Below are positions 18,985-29,178 of a DNA stretch of 64,000 bases, piece after piece. Every line of letters starts with the position of its first letter. Position 1 is the first letter of the stretch. Source of the DNA: Candidatus Hydrogenedentota bacterium (GTDB lineage Bacteria > Hydrogenedentota > Hydrogenedentia > Hydrogenedentales > SLHB01); the NCBI GenBank assembly GCA_029974275.1, contig JARKSN010000030.1, positions 1 through 64,000 of the forward strand, written 5' to 3'. The notes below the pieces were generated by a model. The model saw only the letters and a list, made by a program, of their open reading frames with translations, had not been told where the DNA came from and searched no databases. A program made the translations under genes and the position numbers.

Positions 18985-20076
18985 TTGAAAATACTGCATG
19001 TCTATAAGGATTTCGATCCGCCCATTCGTGGGGGAATGGAGCGTCATGTCGCGCTCATGTGCCGCTATCAGAGCCAGTGGGCGGAAGTGGAGGCGCTGAC
19101 GTGCAGCCGCTCCATGTGGACGCGCCGGGCGTTTCGCGATGGCACGCGCGTCACGGAAGTGGGCGAATGGGGCCGTTTCCAGAGCGCGCCCATTGCGCCG
19201 TTGTTCCCCTGGCACCTGCGAAAGCTCCAGGCCGACATCATCGTGGCGCACGTGCCCAACCCCACGGCGGAGCTTAGTTATCTGATAGGCCGTCCCCAAG
19301 GCCGGCTCATCGTGCGCTATCAGAGCGACGTGGTGCGTCAGGCCGCGGCCATGCGCTTCTATGGCCCGTTTCAAATGACATTTCTGCGCAAAGCTGCTAT
19401 GATTCTCGTCGCATCCGAACAGTACCTCGCGACCTCGCCCACGCTTCAGGCCGTGCGCAATCGGTGCGTCGTTGTGCCGTTGGGCATTGTCCCCGAGGAT
19501 TTTCAACGCCCTGATGCGGCCCGGGTGGCGGCGTTGCGCGCGAAGTATGGCGGCGAGTATGTTCTATTTCTGGGGATGCATCGCTACTACAAGGGGTTGG
19601 AGTATTTGGTGCGCGCCGCTCCGTCGATCCGGGCGATGATCGTGATGGCCGGCGGCGGACCGCAGCGTCCGTATTGCGAGTCGTTGACGCGCACGCTCGG
19701 GGCGAATATCGTGTTCCCGGGCACGCTCTCGCACGAGGAGGCGGTGGACCATTTGCATGGGTGCGCGGTGTTCGTCTTTCCTTCCGTCGCGCGCAGCGAG
19801 GCGTATGGAATATCGATGCTCGAAGCGCATGCCTGCGGCAAGCCGGTCGTGGCGACGACGCTGGGAACGGGAGTCGAGTTCGTGAATCTTCACGGGCAAA
19901 CGGGGCTCAACGTGCCCCCGCGCGATCCGGCGGCGTTGGCCGAGGCCGTGAATGCGCTGTTGGCTGATCCGGAGTTGCGGGCTCGCATGGGGGCATTCGC
20001 GCAGCGGCGGGTCGAAACCGAATTGCACGCGGCAACGATTGCGCGCCGCGAGTTTGAATTGTACCAACAAGCCTGA
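18985..20076 (+). CDS. Glycosyltransferase family 4
   Basis: KILHVYK..GGMERHV, YYKG, EAYGISMLEA; start (TTG 18985) approximate. Confidence 0.88.
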   Translation: MKILHVYKDFDPPIRGGMERHVALMCRYQSQWAEVEALTCSRSMWTRRAFRDGTRVTEVGEWGRFQSAPIAPLFPWHLRKLQADIIVAHVPNPTAELSYLIGRPQGRLIVRYQSDVVRQAAAMRFYGPFQMTFLRKAAMILVASEQYLATSPTLQAVRNRCVVVPLGIVPEDFQRPDAARVAALRAKYGGEYVLFLGMHRYYKGLEYLVRAAPSIRAMIVMAGGGPQRPYCESLTRTLGANIVFPGTLSHEEAVDHLHGCAVFVFPSVARSEAYGISMLEAHACGKPVVATTLGTGVEFVNLHGQTGLNVPPRDPAALAEAVNALLADPELRARMGAFAQRRVETELHAATIARREFELYQQA

Positions 20077-20105
20077 CGGCGCGACGCCGCGGGCGTGAAA
20101 CATGC

Positions 20106-21260
20106 ATGGCAAACTGGTATCTCATATACGCATACGCCTTGGGCTTTTCGTTCCTGGTTTCGGGCGCCATCACGGAAATTGTCCGGCGCCTGGCGCTGCG
20201 TTGGGGCCTGCTGGACCATCCCGGCGAACGCAAGGTTCATCGCAATCCAATCCCGTTGATGGGCGGCGTCGCCATTTTCCTGACGTTCTACCTCACCATC
20301 GGCTTTCATCTGCTCCAGTTGGGCCCCGTCCGCAAGTTCGGCATCGAAGCGTTCCTGCCCAACCTTCAGTACGGGTTCGAGTGGTACCGCGCGAACGTTC
20401 TGTCTTTTTTGGGCGGAAGCGTGATGCTCAAGCTCCTGGGTCTATTCTCCGGAAGCCTGGTCATTTTCGTTCTGGGCGTGATTGACGACATCAAGCCGTT
20501 GAGCCCCGAAAAGAAACTGATCGGGCAAATTCTCGCCGCGTCTCTCCTTGTTTCGTTCGGCATCCGGCTTGAGTTGTTCGTCGTGACGCCATGGATTACG
20601 GGGCCGGTGACGGTGTTGTGGCTGGTGCTGATGATCAACTCGCTCAATTTTCTCGACAACATGGACGGACTGTGCGGCGGGGTTTCGATCATCGCCGCGT
20701 TATCGTTCTTTTTCTGCTTGTTTCCCAATGGCCATACCTTCGTGTGCGTGATATTGATGGTGTTTATCGGAAGCGTCGGCGGGTTTCTCTATCACAACCT
20801 CAACCCCGCCCGGATATTCATGGGCGACGCAGGATCGATGTTCTGCGGCCTTTTTTTGGGCACGGTGTCCGTGCTCGGAACCTTCTACCAAGAAGGCACG
20901 CCTTCCCGGGTGGCCATCGCAGCCCCTTTGCTGGCGTTGAGCGTTCCGCTGTTCGATACGTGCAGCGTCCTGTACATCCGGTGGCGAAACGGCGAATCGC
21001 TCATGAAGGGCGACAAACGCCATTTCTCGCACCGCCTGGTTGATCTTGGAATGACCCATGGACAGGCGGTCGAGTTCATCTATTTGGTCGCGATCATCGC
21101 TGGACTTGGCGCGATGTTGCTGCCCATGGTCAGTCCGATGGGGACCATCGTCATTATCGTGCAGACGTTGGGACTCTTTTGCATCATTGCCATGTTGATG
21201 CACATCGCCAATCAACGGAGAGAAACCCGTCGTGAGCAAGAAGACGCCCGCCCGGAATAA
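20106..21260 (+). CDS. WecA/TagO-like undecaprenyl-phosphate sugar-1-phosphate transferase (MraY family)
   Basis: RKVH..P..MGG, GVIDD, NFLDNMDGL, IFMGDAGS, HFSHRL. Confidence 0.92.
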   Translation: MANWYLIYAYALGFSFLVSGAITEIVRRLALRWGLLDHPGERKVHRNPIPLMGGVAIFLTFYLTIGFHLLQLGPVRKFGIEAFLPNLQYGFEWYRANVLSFLGGSVMLKLLGLFSGSLVIFVLGVIDDIKPLSPEKKLIGQILAASLLVSFGIRLELFVVTPWITGPVTVLWLVLMINSLNFLDNMDGLCGGVSIIAALSFFFCLFPNGHTFVCVILMVFIGSVGGFLYHNLNPARIFMGDAGSMFCGLFLGTVSVLGTFYQEGTPSRVAIAAPLLALSVPLFDTCSVLYIRWRNGESLMKGDKRHFSHRLVDLGMTHGQAVEFIYLVAIIAGLGAMLLPMVSPMGTIVIIVQTLGLFCIIAMLMHIANQRRETRREQEDARPE

Positions 21261-23820
21261 CCGTTCTGACGGCGGCCAACCCGCCGTTCGTCCGGAGACG
21301 CCGCACAGCGCCGCGAACTGGCGGCATGCGGCGCTGCGCGAGCCCGCCGCGCTGCTGCTGGCGGCGACGATTGTCATGCGGCCGTTCCTGGATGGCATCA
21401 CCTTCCCGCATATCAACAGCGCGTTTGTCATGGGGATTGCCGCATGTTTCGCCGTGTGGGCGGCTTGTCAGCTTTTTCGCGGTCCGCATGTCGCTTTGGG
21501 GCTTCCGGAGGGCCTGTTCGCCGCTTTGCTGGGCGTCATGCTGGTTACGGGACTCAATACGACGCAGGTGGACGGCACATACCGCGCGCTGCTCAACTGG
21601 GGCGGTTTTTTTCTGCTTTTCCTTGTGAGCGCCAACGTAATGCGCAACAAGACGCTTCTCGGCCTTCTCCTGGGCCTATTCGTCGCCGTCAACCTTGCCG
21701 AGGCTCTCTGGAGCCTGGTGCATCTCGAGTACATCCTTCCCATGACGCGCGCGGCGGTGCTCAAGGATCCCGCGCTGCTGCGGACGTATTTCGGCACGGA
21801 TGTCTTGACCCCCGACATTGCCGATCGGTTAAACATGAATCGCGCTTTCGGGACGTTCCTTTTTCCCAATGCGCTTGGCGCGTTCATGGCGTTCGGCGTC
21901 GTGTTTGGTCTCGGCGCGGCCGGGGCCACGTGGCATGCGCTCCGTTCCTCGCGCCCCACGCCCCCCGTTTCCGGCGGATTTGCCGATCGGCTGGGCGCGC
22001 TGGCAGTCGCCATCGGCGCAGGCGCAGTTCTCTTCGGCGCAGGATGGTTTCTGTATTGGGTGGCCTATACGGTCACCTACGAGAATCAGCCCTGGACGGC
22101 CCATCCGTGGGGGTGGGTATTCTTTGTGGGCGTTCTTCCGCTTGCCGGCGCGGGGTCGTGTTTCGCCCTCATCGCCGCGGGAGGGGTGTGGCGCGGCTGG
22201 CTCCGTGTGCAGTTGGCCGTCTTGGCGCTGCTCGCCTTGACCGCCCTCGCCACGTTGTGGTTCACGGCTTCGCGTGGGGCCATGATAGGCGTGGCGACCT
22301 CGTTGGCCGTTACGGGGGGATTGCTTGCCTATGCTCGTTCGTCTCATGCGAAAAGACGTTCGGGATTGGCGTACGCCCTCGTCGCGTTGCTCATGGGCGC
22401 GGCGGCTTTCGCATCGTTCACGGCATCCCCCGCTGTGTGGGCGCAGGAGGAGGCCGCCCCGGCATCGACGGCGACGCTCGACACACGGACGGAAGGCATT
22501 GCGCTGGAGGGCGTCGCCCCGACCTTGGCCAGCGGCGCGACGTTTCGGTTGCGGTTGAGTTATTGGAGAACCGGCCTGAGCATGTTTCTCGACAATCCGC
22601 TTTCCGGGGTAGGCTTGGGCAATTTCGGCGTAAACTATCCCCGCTATCAGTCTCCCGCCGCTGGAAACGTCAAGCAGGCGCACAACGATTTCCTGCAGAT
22701 GTTTTGCGAGACCGGTTTGGGCGGCGGTCTTCTTTTCCTTGCATTCTGGGGGCACTACCTGGCATGGGGCGGAGTTCGTATCTTTCTCGAACCTTCGGCA
22801 AGCCGGCGGTGGCTGTTGGCCGCTCTCTACGCAGCCACGTTGTCGTTTCTTGTGCACAGCGCCGGCGATTTCAACTTCTCGAACCCGAGTCTGGCCACAT
22901 TTCAATATTTTCTCGCGGGCGCATTCCTCGCCGTGTCGCGCGGGACTTCGGGGATTTCCGCCAATCGCGTCAGCGTTTCCCTCGTTCTCGGGGGGCTGTT
23001 GGTGTTGGCGATGTTTGCCGCGGGCGCGGCGCTCCGCGCGCACCGTTCCGATTCCCTGTTCGGCCGCGACGTGCAGCACAACGCCTTGTTTGCGGTGGCT
23101 CAGTTTTTCTTCGAAGAAGTGAAGCCCGAGACCTATCGCGCGGACCAGGCTCCCGCGATCGGCATTTCCGAGGCGCGGGCGTTGCTTGGCGCGGAGGAGA
23201 ATCTCGCCTCGATAGGCGTCATCCACGTGCCGATTCCAAACGGATCGCGCCCTCTCGCCAAGGATGAACCGCCGCCGCCCGGATCGTACCTGATCATCTC
23301 CAACCCGTCCGCCGCGCAGCAGAAGGCGAAGCAGGCGATCATGGTCTGGATGGCTCGGGTGAAAACGGCCGATTGGCTGTACCCGCACAATCCCGACATC
23401 GCCCAGCACCTGTTTAATTGGAACCAGTATCTGGCCAGCATCGCGAAGCGCCCCGATGAACGGCGGGAACACATCTTGGAAGCGCTCGAATGGGCTGAAA
23501 AAAACCTTGCGCGCAACTCTTATTTGGCCCAGTCCCACAGTTTCTATGCCATGGCGTTGCGCATGCGCGCGGAGATAGAAACCGGGCCTAAACGGGCGGA
23601 GTATTACGAAAAGGCCTTGGAGCATTACCGGAAAGCCACGGAATTGGCCCCATCGGGCGCGTGGCAGTTTCAGGAATACGGCGAAGCGCTTGAACTGTAC
23701 GGCAAGGGCTACGAAAGCGCAGGAAACGCCGCCCGGGCTGCGGCATGTTTTGGAGAAGCCCGGAAAGCCAAGGAGCGCGCCCAATACCTCAACCAGGAAG
23801 CCCAAAAGCGGGGGCTGTGA
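21232..23820 (+). CDS. O-antigen ligase/O-oligosaccharyltransferase family protein with C-terminal TPR region
   Basis: RAFGTFLFPNALG, TASRGA, R..YW..G...GVGLGNF, AHNDFLQ (Wzy_C); many TM segments; helical TPR-like tail. Confidence 0.85.
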   Translation: MSKKTPARNNRSDGGQPAVRPETPHSAANWRHAALREPAALLLAATIVMRPFLDGITFPHINSAFVMGIAACFAVWAACQLFRGPHVALGLPEGLFAALLGVMLVTGLNTTQVDGTYRALLNWGGFFLLFLVSANVMRNKTLLGLLLGLFVAVNLAEALWSLVHLEYILPMTRAAVLKDPALLRTYFGTDVLTPDIADRLNMNRAFGTFLFPNALGAFMAFGVVFGLGAAGATWHALRSSRPTPPVSGGFADRLGALAVAIGAGAVLFGAGWFLYWVAYTVTYENQPWTAHPWGWVFFVGVLPLAGAGSCFALIAAGGVWRGWLRVQLAVLALLALTALATLWFTASRGAMIGVATSLAVTGGLLAYARSSHAKRRSGLAYALVALLMGAAAFASFTASPAVWAQEEAAPASTATLDTRTEGIALEGVAPTLASGATFRLRLSYWRTGLSMFLDNPLSGVGLGNFGVNYPRYQSPAAGNVKQAHNDFLQMFCETGLGGGLLFLAFWGHYLAWGGVRIFLEPSASRRWLLAALYAATLSFLVHSAGDFNFSNPSLATFQYFLAGAFLAVSRGTSGISANRVSVSLVLGGLLVLAMFAAGAALRAHRSDSLFGRDVQHNALFAVAQFFFEEVKPETYRADQAPAIGISEARALLGAEENLASIGVIHVPIPNGSRPLAKDEPPPPGSYLIISNPSAAQQKAKQAIMVWMARVKTADWLYPHNPDIAQHLFNWNQYLASIAKRPDERREHILEALEWAEKNLARNSYLAQSHSFYAMALRMRAEIETGPKRAEYYEKALEHYRKATELAPSGAWQFQEYGEALELYGKGYESAGNAARAAACFGEARKAKERAQYLNQEAQKRGL

Positions 23821-23877
23821 CACCGTGAATCCTAGGCGAGACCTGGGCTATGATTCACGAAACGAGGAGAGCCTGTC

Positions 23878-24312
23878 ATGAACGTACTCGTGGTCCATGG
23901 TCCCAATCTCAACTTGCTGGGCGTGCGCGAGCCGGAAGTGTATGGACGGACGACGCTTGATGATATCAATGCGCAGCTGGCCGATCAGGCCGAGCGGCTC
24001 GGGATCGAGCTTCGGACGTTCCAGTCGAATAGCGAGGGCGCCTTGGTTTCCGCCGTCCAGGACGCCATGGGCTGGGCCGCGGCGCTTATCATCAACCCGG
24101 GCGGCTATACGCACACCAGCGTCGCCTTGCGCGATGCCATCGCCGCAACGGGCCTGCCCGCCATTGAGGTGCACCTCTCGAACATCTATCGCCGCGAGGA
24201 ATTCCGCCACCACAGCCACATCGCGCCTGTCGCCGTCGGCCAGATTTCCGGGTTCGGCCCGCTGAGTTACCGGTTGGCGTTGCTGGCAGTGAAGGAGTTG
24301 CTGACGACATGA
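23878..24312 (+). CDS. aroQ: Type II 3-dehydroquinate dehydratase
   Basis: [44 protein letters not shown]. Confidence 0.96.
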   Translation: MNVLVVHGPNLNLLGVREPEVYGRTTLDDINAQLADQAERLGIELRTFQSNSEGALVSAVQDAMGWAAALIINPGGYTHTSVALRDAIAATGLPAIEVHLSNIYRREEFRHHSHIAPVAVGQISGFGPLSYRLALLAVKELLTT

Positions 24313-25394
24313 TTGCATCGCGCTTGACCCATCTCCGGGATCGGATGCAATCGGCGGGCGTGGAGGCGTTTTTCAGCGTTCACCCCCCCGCGAATCAATA
24401 TCTCACGGGATTTTGCGGCTCGACGTCGGCAGTAGTCGTGACGGGCAATCGGGCTGTTTTTCTGTGTGATTTCCGGTATGCGGAACAGGCCGAGGACCAG
24501 GTCGCCCCGGAATTCGAGGTGACGCAGACGGCTGGGTCGCTTTTGCGGCGCACGGGGGAATGTCTGGCGGAATGCGGCGTCGCCAATGCGGCGTACGAGC
24601 CCGATGCGCTGCGCGTCAGCGAATTGAACGCCGTGGCGGCGGCGGTTCACGCGGATCTGCGGGCCATGCCCGGACTTGTCGGCGGCATGCGGCAAATCAA
24701 GACTTCCGAAGAGGTTGAGGCGATCCGAAAGGCCTTGACGCTTGCGGCAGGCGTGCACGATGACATCGTTCAGGCATTGGTTCCAGGCGTCACCGAGCGG
24801 GAGGTCGCCGCCCGTTTCGAATACGAGTTCAAGCGGCGCGGGGCGTCCGCCGCCGCTTTCGACACCATCGTCCTTTTCGGCGCGCGCAGTTCCCTGCCGC
24901 ACGGTCAGGCGACGGATCGGGCGTTGGCCCCTGGCGACGCTGTGCTCGTGGATTTCGGCTGCCGGCTCGGCGGATACTGCTCGGACTTGACTCGAACCTA
25001 TTGTTTCGGTAGGATTCCCGGCGCTTGGTTCGAGCGCGTCTACGAAGTCGTGCTTACTTCGCAGGCGGCGGCTCTCAAGGCGGCCAAGCCAGGCATGACG
25101 TGTCGCGAGTTGGATGCAGTGGCCCGGTCCATCATTCAGGATGCGGGTTACGGCGAGCGGTTCGGGCACGGACTGGGCCATGGCGTTGGCATTGAGATCC
25201 ACGAAGCGCCGCGCGTCAATGCGGAGGGCGATACCGTGCTGGCGCCGGGCATGGTGGTGACCCTTGAACCGGGCATCTATCTCCCCGGCCAAGGGGGCAT
25301 ACGGATCGAAGACGTGATCGTCATTACAGATTCAGGGTGCGAGGCGCTGAGCGCCACGCCTAAGGAACTGAAAATACTGGGGTTAAAGGCATGA
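24309..25394 (+). CDS. Xaa-Pro aminopeptidase (M24B)
   Basis: [34 protein letters not shown]. Confidence 0.94.
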   Translation: MIASRLTHLRDRMQSAGVEAFFSVHPPANQYLTGFCGSTSAVVVTGNRAVFLCDFRYAEQAEDQVAPEFEVTQTAGSLLRRTGECLAECGVANAAYEPDALRVSELNAVAAAVHADLRAMPGLVGGMRQIKTSEEVEAIRKALTLAAGVHDDIVQALVPGVTEREVAARFEYEFKRRGASAAAFDTIVLFGARSSLPHGQATDRALAPGDAVLVDFGCRLGGYCSDLTRTYCFGRIPGAWFERVYEVVLTSQAAALKAAKPGMTCRELDAVARSIIQDAGYGERFGHGLGHGVGIEIHEAPRVNAEGDTVLAPGMVVTLEPGIYLPGQGGIRIEDVIVITDSGCEALSATPKELKILGLKA

Positions 25395-25951
25395 TTTCGA
25401 CGGCGGATTTCAGAAACGGCATGGTGGTGGTGTTGGACAATGACTTGATGGAAATCGTCGAGTTTCAACACGTCAAGCCGGGCAAGGGCGGAGCGTTTGT
25501 CCGGACCAAGTTCAAGAACGTCAAAACCGGGCGCGTGCTCGAAAAGACGTTCCGCTCGGGCGAGAAGATGGAGGAGGCGCGGTTGGAGGATGAGGAGTAT
25601 CAGTATCTCTACCACGACGGCGACTTTTATCATTTCATGGATAAGGAAACCTACGAACAGATCGCGCTTGGCGCGGATGTCGTGGGCGACAAGCATTTGT
25701 GGATGAAGGAAAACAACGATGTGTCGCTCGTTTTCTATAACGGCAAGGTGATCGACGTGAAGTTGCCGTTCTTTGTCGAGTTGAAGATCACGCAATGCGA
25801 TCCGGGCGTTCAGGGAGACCGGGCATCGAGCGGCAACAAGCCCGCCACGCTGGAAACCGGGGTGGTGGTCCAGGTGCCTCTGTATGTCGCAGAGGGAACG
25901 GTTATCAAAGTCGACACGCGCACAGGCGCCTACATCGAACGCGTCGGGTGA
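25391..25951 (+). CDS. efp: Elongation factor P
   Basis: HVKPGKGGAFVR, KPATLETG, KVDTRTG. Confidence 0.97.
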   Translation: MISTADFRNGMVVVLDNDLMEIVEFQHVKPGKGGAFVRTKFKNVKTGRVLEKTFRSGEKMEEARLEDEEYQYLYHDGDFYHFMDKETYEQIALGADVVGDKHLWMKENNDVSLVFYNGKVIDVKLPFFVELKITQCDPGVQGDRASSGNKPATLETGVVVQVPLYVAEGTVIKVDTRTGAYIERVG

Positions 25952-25975
25952 CGATCGCGATCGGGGGGAGAACGT

Positions 25976-26500
25976 ATGGACCTGGAGCAGTTTCGAGAGC
26001 TCATTCGCATTTTTGAGGAGTCAGCCCTGTCCCAAGTTGAAATCGAGGAATCAGGGCTCCGGATACAGCTTAAAAAACCCGAGCCTCCCGCAGCCCCCGC
26101 CCCGACCTATGCCATCGCCGCGCCGCACCCAGCTGGCCATGCGGCTCCCATGATGGTGCAGGCGTTTCCGCAGACGGCCCCCCCTCCGGCCCCGGCCCCT
26201 GCTGTGCCGGCTGCGCCGTCGGTTGCCAGCGTCGCTGCGGAAGACGAAGGGCTTGTGACCATCGACTCGCCGTTGGTGGGCGTGTTCTATGCCGCCCCGG
26301 CTCCGGGCGAGCCGCCTTTTGTGCGCGAGGGAGATGTGGCCGAGGAGAAGCAGACGGTCTGCATCATCGAGGCCATGAAGGTGATGAACGAGGTCGTCGC
26401 CAAGTTTCCGTGCGTCATCGAGAAGATATTGGTGCAGAACGGCGAGCCGGTCGAGTTTGGGCAGCCCCTGTTCGCCGTGCGCCCTGCCGAACCCGCGTAA
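25976..26500 (+). CDS. accB: Acetyl-CoA carboxylase biotin carboxyl carrier protein
   Basis: Pro/Ala linker, SPLVGVFY, EAMKVMN biotinylation motif. Confidence 0.95.
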   Translation: MDLEQFRELIRIFEESALSQVEIEESGLRIQLKKPEPPAAPAPTYAIAAPHPAGHAAPMMVQAFPQTAPPPAPAPAVPAAPSVASVAAEDEGLVTIDSPLVGVFYAAPAPGEPPFVREGDVAEEKQTVCIIEAMKVMNEVVAKFPCVIEKILVQNGEPVEFGQPLFAVRPAEPA

Positions 26501-26506
26501 CCGGCC

Positions 26507-27850
26507 ATGTTCAGACGCATCCTTATAGCCAATCGCGGAGAGATCGCCGTCCGCGTAATCCGCGCGTGCCGGGAGATGGGCATCACCTCGATCGCTGTTT
26601 ATTCGAAGGCCGATCAGGATTGCCTGCACACCTCGCTGGCGGACGAGAGCATTTGCATCGGTCCGCCCACGTCCACGGACAGTTACCTGCATATTCCCAG
26701 CATCGTCGCCGCCGCGGAAATCTGCGACGCGCAAGCCATTCACCCGGGCTATGGGTTCCTGTCGGAAAATCCCAAGTTCGCGAGCATTTGCCGCGAATGC
26801 CACATCGGGTTCATCGGGCCGACCCCCGAGGCGATTTCGTTGAGCGGCAACAAATCCGAGTGCCGTGCGAAGGTCAAATCGGCGGGCGTGCCCGTTGTGC
26901 CGGGTTCGGAAGGGCTCATCCGCGATCCCGATGAAGCCCTCAAGATCGCCAAGGCGATCGGGTTTCCGGTGCTGGTCAAGGCTTCGGCGGGCGGCGGCGG
27001 GCGCGGCATGCGCATTGCCCACAACGACGTGGCGCTCAAGAATGCGGTGTCCATGGCTTCGAACGAGGCGGCGGCGGCGTTTGGCGATGGCGGCGTTTAT
27101 CTCGAGAAGTTCGTCGAGAATGCGCGGCATGTCGAGTTCCAGATTTTTGGCGACAACCACGGTCGTCTGATTGCGCTGGGCGAACGCGAATGCAGCATCC
27201 AGCGGCGCCACCAGAAATTGATCGAGGAGACGCCATCCCCCGCGCTCAACCATTCGCTTCGAAATAAGATGGCCAAGGCGGCGGTTCGCGCGGCCAAGGC
27301 GATTGGCTACACCAACGCCGGCACCGCCGAGTTCCTGCTTGCGCCGGACAACCAGTTCTACTTCATTGAGTTCAACGCGCGCATCCAAGTCGAGCATCCG
27401 GTGACCGAAGAGGTCATGGGCGTCGACTTGGTCAAGGAGCAAATTCGCGTTGCGGCGGGGGATCCGCTCCGGTTGCGCGAAGGCGATCCGCATGGGTGCG
27501 CCATCGAGGCTCGCGTATACGCCGAGGACCCGGACAACAATTTCGCGCCGAATCCCGGCACGGTGACCCGCTGCCATTTTCCGGGCGGGCCAGGCGTGCG
27601 CGTGGATTCGCACCTGTTCTCGGGCTATACCGTTCCGCGGTATTATGATTCCCTCCTTGCCAAGGTTATCGGGTATGGCGAAACCCGCGACGAGGCCATT
27701 GGGCGTTTGGCGGGCGCCTTGGATGAGTTCACGACGGAGGGCGTCAAGACGACGGCGAATCTGTGCGCGCGCATCATCCAGAGCGACCGTTTCCGGCGAG
27801 GCGATTTGGGGCCGGATATGGTAGACTTGTTTCTGCCGAAGATGAAATAG
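26507..27850 (+). CDS. accC: Biotin carboxylase
   Basis: ANRGEIA, HPGYGFLSEN, GGGGRGMR, QRRHQK, RIQVEHPVTE. Confidence 0.96.
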   Translation: MFRRILIANRGEIAVRVIRACREMGITSIAVYSKADQDCLHTSLADESICIGPPTSTDSYLHIPSIVAAAEICDAQAIHPGYGFLSENPKFASICRECHIGFIGPTPEAISLSGNKSECRAKVKSAGVPVVPGSEGLIRDPDEALKIAKAIGFPVLVKASAGGGGRGMRIAHNDVALKNAVSMASNEAAAAFGDGGVYLEKFVENARHVEFQIFGDNHGRLIALGERECSIQRRHQKLIEETPSPALNHSLRNKMAKAAVRAAKAIGYTNAGTAEFLLAPDNQFYFIEFNARIQVEHPVTEEVMGVDLVKEQIRVAAGDPLRLREGDPHGCAIEARVYAEDPDNNFAPNPGTVTRCHFPGGPGVRVDSHLFSGYTVPRYYDSLLAKVIGYGETRDEAIGRLAGALDEFTTEGVKTTANLCARIIQSDRFRRGDLGPDMVDLFLPKMK

Positions 27851-27872
27851 CCGATTCGGAGGGCCGCGATCG

Positions 27873-28244
27873 ATGAGCGAGTTCATGGCGATTGGCAATC
27901 AGGAAGTGGACATGTCTGTCTACGCCAAGGTGGCCGCGCACGAGGCGGTCCGCCAGGAGGGCGTGGTGCGCCTCAACGCGGGGTTCACCGAGAAACTCGG
28001 CATGAGCCGCACCCCCGGCGTCACCGCCCGCATCGAAGAAGACGGCAGCCTCCAGCTCGATATATCCATCGTTGTCCGTTACGGGACGGACTTGCGCACC
28101 ATCGGGCCCGCAATTCAAGAATCCGTGCTCAACGCCATCCGCAAGATGTCGGACCAGCCGGTTGGCCAGATCAACATCTACATTGCCGACATTGATTTTC
28201 CGAAGGGCGCCGCGAAGACGCTGGAAGAGGGTGAACCATCATGA
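27873..28244 (+). CDS. Asp23/Gls24 family protein (YqhY-like)
   Basis: LDISIVVRYG...IQESV...INIYIADI pattern; follows accC. Confidence 0.82.
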   Translation: MSEFMAIGNQEVDMSVYAKVAAHEAVRQEGVVRLNAGFTEKLGMSRTPGVTARIEEDGSLQLDISIVVRYGTDLRTIGPAIQESVLNAIRKMSDQPVGQINIYIADIDFPKGAAKTLEEGEPS

Positions 28245-28996
28245 GACACCTCCCGATTATCGTCAGGGTTGTCCAGATCGCGCTGCAAAAGCTTCTTTGT
28301 CTCGCCGTTGCGGGCGCGGGCTCGTTGCTTTTCTTCATGTCCGCCAGCGAAATCTTCCGTTACGCCTCGGCCTACCTCCCCCACTTTGACAATATCGTGC
28401 TTCAGACCGCCTTGCGGTACGTCGCCGGAGCGGCGATAGTCACGCTGGCCTTATTCGCGGCGCTCCCGGCATGGAAGCGCAGACGGTCCAACACCATCTC
28501 GTTTCCCGGCGCACACGGCCCGATCGTGATCCAATTGGATAGCGTCGAAGCGTCGCTCAACCGCACCTTGCGGGGGCGTCCCGAGGTGCGCAAGATCAAT
28601 GTGCGCGTGCAGCCCGTTAACGACAATCGGCAGGTTCGCATCACGGCGGGCGTTCAGTGCTACACGACGCAGGCGGGCATTCGCGAAACCTCCGATCGCA
28701 TCGGCGAAATCATCAAACGCACCGCCGTGAACCTGCTCGGCGTCGAAGAAGTCACAACCGTCGAGCTCAAGATCAATGGCATTTTTGCGGGGGGGGCCGC
28801 CAGCGACACCATTACCGTCACGAACGCCGCTCCGGCGGCCGCAGCGGCCACAGCGCCGCTACCGCGAACTTCCACGGCGTTTGACGCGTCCGATCCTATC
28901 CGCTATGTCGAACCCGATGACACCGGTGCGACTTCGGGGCCTGGCAGCATCCTCCAGTTCGACGATGACGAGGACGATCCCCGCAAGAACGCGTAG
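28241..28996 (+). CDS. AmaP-like membrane anchor protein
   Basis: Two N-terminal TM segments, G-x-I-x-I..S-V-E segment, Asp23-like C-domain, acidic tail; ATGA-coupled to asp23. Confidence 0.6.
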   Translation: MRHLPIIVRVVQIALQKLLCLAVAGAGSLLFFMSASEIFRYASAYLPHFDNIVLQTALRYVAGAAIVTLALFAALPAWKRRRSNTISFPGAHGPIVIQLDSVEASLNRTLRGRPEVRKINVRVQPVNDNRQVRITAGVQCYTTQAGIRETSDRIGEIIKRTAVNLLGVEEVTTVELKINGIFAGGAASDTITVTNAAPAAAAATAPLPRTSTAFDASDPIRYVEPDDTGATSGPGSILQFDDDEDDPRKNA

Positions 28997-29178
28997 GCGC
29001 TTGGACATCCTTCGCACGATGCACTCTTGTCCCTCAGGACGGGTGTATTTCTGGGCTCCCTCCTGCGCAGTATCCGCTTTACTCCGCCGTATGACCGCTG
29101 GTGGAAGCGCCGTTTTTCTGCTATGATTTCCAGGTTTCTATTGGGAGATGGGGCATTTTACGCGAAAGGGATAGTCGC

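Noticed and set aside
23824..23859. Hairpin CGTGAATC...GATTCACG before aroQ
   Set aside because: No U-tract and a short stem; cannot be distinguished from chance or promoter sequence.
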